Shown one piece after another: positions 60,607 to 64,000 of a DNA stretch of 64,000 bases. The stretch comes from Fistulifera solaris (taxonomy: Eukaryota): NCBI GenBank assembly GCA_030295235.1, contig AP026146.1, forward strand, positions 186,001 to 250,000, in the 5' to 3' direction. Position 1 is the stretch's first letter. Each line of letters begins with the position of its first letter. The position numbers were made by a program, and so were the translations under genes. The notes under the pieces were generated by a model. That model did no database searches. It was not told the origin of the DNA and saw only the letters and a list, made by a program, of their open reading frames with translations.

Positions 60607-61001
60607 GATCGACTGGTTAATATGATAGTTTGAGATCGTATGTAGGTGTTCATGAATAATTGAATGAATGAATGAATGAAAGAATCAAATAATTATTGTC
60701 GTGTTTGAGAACTCAACGGAACATTTCGGTGCGTGTCATCCTCGTGAGAATTTTTCTTTGCGTTTGAGTACCGCTGGGCTGTGCGGTATGATGGATACAG
60801 TTAGGAAGTTTGAATCAATCGTGTAGTTCAAGTGCCTTCCGAGTACAATACGCGAGAGTCTTCAGTACCGGTCACGTCCTCCGACGCAGTGCGTTTTTTT
60901 TGCGTTCGTTTTTTTTTTCTCGCCGCGTACCATGAGGATGCCATTATTATTTGTTTTTGTTACGTTACTGTATACCAGGTACAACAACATCTGCCATCGC
61001 C

Positions 61002-61587
61002 ATGTTCAGTTTAGCCTCCGGAGTCTATCAGACTTACATGGCACCCCAACAAGTCAATGTCTTGTTGGTCGGTGCTTCCAGTGTCGGTAAAACCACTTTA
61101 CTGGAACGCATCAAAGTCACGCAATTCCAGAAACAAGGCGTGGTAGTTGTCGATGATGACGATGACGATTCGCCCTTTTACAAGAACTGTATCAAGCCAA
61201 AGAAGCCGAAGAAGAAGAAGAAGAAGAATTACAAATGTCGTCATCCTTGGCGTCTTCATTACCCACTTCCTTGCCGGGTCGAATTGTGAGTCGACGACGG
61301 GTGGTCGAGCCTCGCCGCGACGAGTCAACCACTACCACTACAAATAATAATACAACGCCAACACCACGCCCGAAAGGTTTGTGGGTATGTCCGTCTCCAC
61401 CCAAATATCAAAATGCCGTCACGGATGCTGATGAAGAAGAAGAAGAAGAAGAAGATGAAGATGAACGGTTGTTACCCGAGACGACGACTCAAACATCTTC
61501 GTTAGAGACTATTGATATTCGCAACAATTCCACACCACCACCACCAACAAAAACAACAACCACCGTATCTCCTCCATCTTCCTTACC

Positions 61588-61634
<47 letters not shown>

Positions 61635-62193
61635 ACGACTTGAAACCCAACAGTCGCATGTTGCCCTTCGCAAAGATTCGACCGACAATTGGTATGAATT
61701 TAGGGCAATTTAAAAATATATATGGAGCCAAGTGTCATATTTGGGACGTGGGGGACGATTGCATAATTTGTGGGAACGGTATTATGAAGATTGTGATGCC
61801 GTCCTCTTTGTGTACAAATGGGAAGAAGAAGATGTTGAAAATAGAAATAGTAGTAATAAGAATGAGACGAAGAAGAATGAGGACGACGACGACGACGATC
61901 GACCACGACCACCGACTCGACAAGAACAAAAAGTCTTGTTGCAAACTGTCCGACAAAACATTCCCAAAGACGTTCCCTTTTTGATCTTTTTGCATTCGTG
62001 GCAAAGTCCTACGTACGAGCGGTATAACAGCATTTATCGGTCGACGGAACCGTTACTGCCGACCTTACCGACCCAAGCCCTGTGTGTTGGCAATGCCGGA
62101 ACGGGACAAGGTGTCCGTGCTGCTATGGAATGGTTGTTGCCTTTGGCGAAGCAACAACAACGTGCACCTGACAAATTGTCGGTCGAGTATTGA
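61002..62193 (+). CDS. ARFRP1/Arl3-like small GTPase with a long low-complexity insert (frameshifted)
   Basis: MFSLASG.., GASSVGKTTLLE, IRPTIGMNLG, IWDVG/G..LWERYYEDCDAV, AGTGQGVRAAMEWL. Confidence 0.8.
61588..61633 (+). repeat. (CAA)n microsatellite encoding polyQ
   Basis: About 15 CAA units inside the GTPase insert. Confidence 0.9.
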
Positions 62194-62353
62194 AGAGTAA
62201 AAACTATTTTACAAAGACGCTAGTCACTCGAATCAATCTAATGAATTTAATGAGCATAAAAAGGTTCTTATTTCATTTTATCCTTACAAAGTACAGAGTT
62301 AGAACTGTCGTGTTGACGCCTTGCCTTCAAAACCACAAAAAGAGTACACCCTC

Positions 62354-62923
62354 TTACAAATCCTCCACTTGAATAATTTGTCCTCGATGATCGCGAGGTT
62401 TCTTTGGCTTCTTGGTCCACTGTCCTTCCTTGTAACTGGATCGCAATATGATTCGGGGTGGATCGGCCGGGGCATACAGCAGAGCGGAATGTCCCGACGT
62501 TTCAATCAATTCAACTTGTGTTCGTGTTTTTGTTGACATGAAATAATTCAATTCCAACACCATCTGTTGCGCGGTTACATATACGTGACGAATATTGTCG
62601 CGAGAAATTCCCCGAATTTGGACCAATTCGTGTTGTTGCAAAGCCTCCCAAATGGCGGGGAACGACGACGACGACGACGACGTCATCATCATTCCATCCT
62701 CTTGATCCGGAAGAAAGACTTGTGAGAGCGATTTCCGTGCCAATCGTTGGGCGGCTTCTTTGCGTAAGAATTTGATTTGATTGGGTGTTACGGCGAACAG
62801 ACGTGTCGTCGTCCAATACGTTCTCCTTGTTGTGGGTGATGTGACAGAAAAGGCGTGGAGGGTCTCCGCCCAGAAGAAGAAGAAGAGTAATATCCCGAGA
62901 AGAAAGCGAAAGGTCGATGGCAT
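62354..62923 (-). CDS. CRM/YhbY-like RNA-binding protein with a bipartite plastid presequence
   Basis: Signal peptide ending LHA-FSV, a T/R-rich transit region, and QIKFLRKEA..ALQQHELVQIR..GHSALLY. Confidence 0.75.
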   Translation of the reverse strand: MPSTFRFLLGILLFFFFWAETLHAFSVTSPTTRRTYWTTTRLFAVTPNQIKFLRKEAAQRLARKSLSQVFLPDQEDGMMMTSSSSSSFPAIWEALQQHELVQIRGISRDNIRHVYVTAQQMVLELNYFMSTKTRTQVELIETSGHSALLYAPADPPRIILRSSYKEGQWTKKPKKPRDHRGQIIQVEDL

Positions 62924-63608
62924 GTTTTATTGTGGTCTCTGAATAATGGAATCAAGAAAAAAATCAAAAAAGAATGATAGTGAAAGTCCAAAATGGTTCG
63001 AATGAAAAGGATCGATGTTTTTTTTTTTACTCTGATTTCTTTTCGTCTCGTCGCATCGTCAGTTTTTTTTTTTTTGAATGGGTGTGAAGGAACGAAGGTT
63101 TTCTATAGTATCAAAGTGTAAACCAACACGACACGGTTTCAGTCACGACAGAGCTCGTTCTAGACTTTCTCTCTCTCTCAAGAGGGTCTTTGTTATTATT
63201 TGTTATTACCCAGTTGTGACGACGCATCCGTTTGGTGCCAGTCACTTCTGTTTTGGCTTCCTAGACATTATGAATTGAAAAGACACCCTCGGTTGGCTAT
63301 ATAAGCAAACGATATCGGAAAAATCGTTCTCTCATCTCTCTCTCTCTAGAGAGCGAATGCAGTGGGACATCAGCGAGACACAACTTGGAGTTCGAAATGG
63401 AATATAAAACCACAATTGAGTGATTGTGAACGAATTACTGGTGTCATGTGTTGGCAATGATTGCAATTCTATTTTGATGGACAGTGAGCAGATCAATGAC
63501 TTTATAGAAAATATAAACTAGCTACAGTTGTACAATACAAAGTAACAACAACAACAACACCAACAACAAAAACAACAATTACCACCACCACGCATCACGC
63601 ATCACGCA

Positions 63609-63971
63609 TCACCTCCGCGTCGTATCTTGTTCAATCCGTTTCCATGCCGCTAAAGTCGCATCATTGAATTTTTGTTGCACTTGTTGCAAACAATCCCGTC
63701 CCGTAATCATCATGCGTGCCAATATCAATGGATCTGTTTCTTGTCGTGAGGCAACAAATTCTTGACGAGCCTGTTGTTTGAGGAGAAGATTGTACGGTTT
63801 TCCGGTAACCGGATCCGCCCAATGAAAATGTTTGGCCGTTCGCAATATTTCACGATACAACGATAACGCTTCTTTGCGACGGGTCGTGTCGGTGAGATGT
63901 TGCATTGTCGTCGTCGTCGTCGTCGTTGTCTCGAGTGTTTTGGCATTTGGAATCCATATTCGTGGGGGCAT
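63609..63971 (-). CDS. LYR-motif (Complex1_LYR) protein
   Basis: EALSLYREILRTAKHF...ARQEF. Confidence 0.8.
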   Translation of the reverse strand: MPPRIWIPNAKTLETTTTTTTTMQHLTDTTRRKEALSLYREILRTAKHFHWADPVTGKPYNLLLKQQARQEFVASRQETDPLILARMMITGRDCLQQVQQKFNDATLAAWKRIEQDTTRR

Positions 63972-64000
63972 CTTTTATTGACAGGAATGTTTATCGTTAA

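Noticed and set aside
1..64000. CRISPR arrays, rRNA, tRNA or prokaryotic operons
   Set aside because: None seen. The repeats are microsatellites or LTRs, and the genes carry spliceosomal introns.

Overview
A gene-dense eukaryotic nuclear window, almost certainly from a diatom. The evidence is short GT-AG introns, a plastid PGK with a signal peptide plus ASAFAP-type motif, and a CoDi-like copia element. It holds about 30 protein-coding genes: LSM1, eIF4G, a VASt protein, PGK, RRB1/GRWD1, a Kex1-like carboxypeptidase, NmrA-like, SGNH, crotonase, a flavoprotein disulfide reductase, an MFS sugar transporter, Rab, an eIF2-alpha kinase, a flavodoxin-like protein, a kinase with EF-hand and cNMP domains, a 2Fe-2S ferredoxin, PI-PLC, ACBP-ankyrin, PAM2-ankyrin-BTB, CDIN1-like nuclease, THUMP methyltransferase, GH125, ARFRP1-like, CRM and LYR. 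A full-length, very young Ty1/copia LTR retrotransposon sits at 47344-54459, with a CGGAT target-site duplication, non-canonical TG...GA termini and a half-tRNA-iMet PBS. Items missed by the ORF track are a spliced 66-aa PDCD4/Stf2-motif microprotein whose long intron may hold a structured RNA, a CDC20-like relic, a mariner transposase relic and a MYND-finger pseudogene. Many genes carry single-base frameshifts that look like long-read consensus errors, so frameshift-based claims are uncertain. All family calls come from recognising motifs by eye; no database searches were run.
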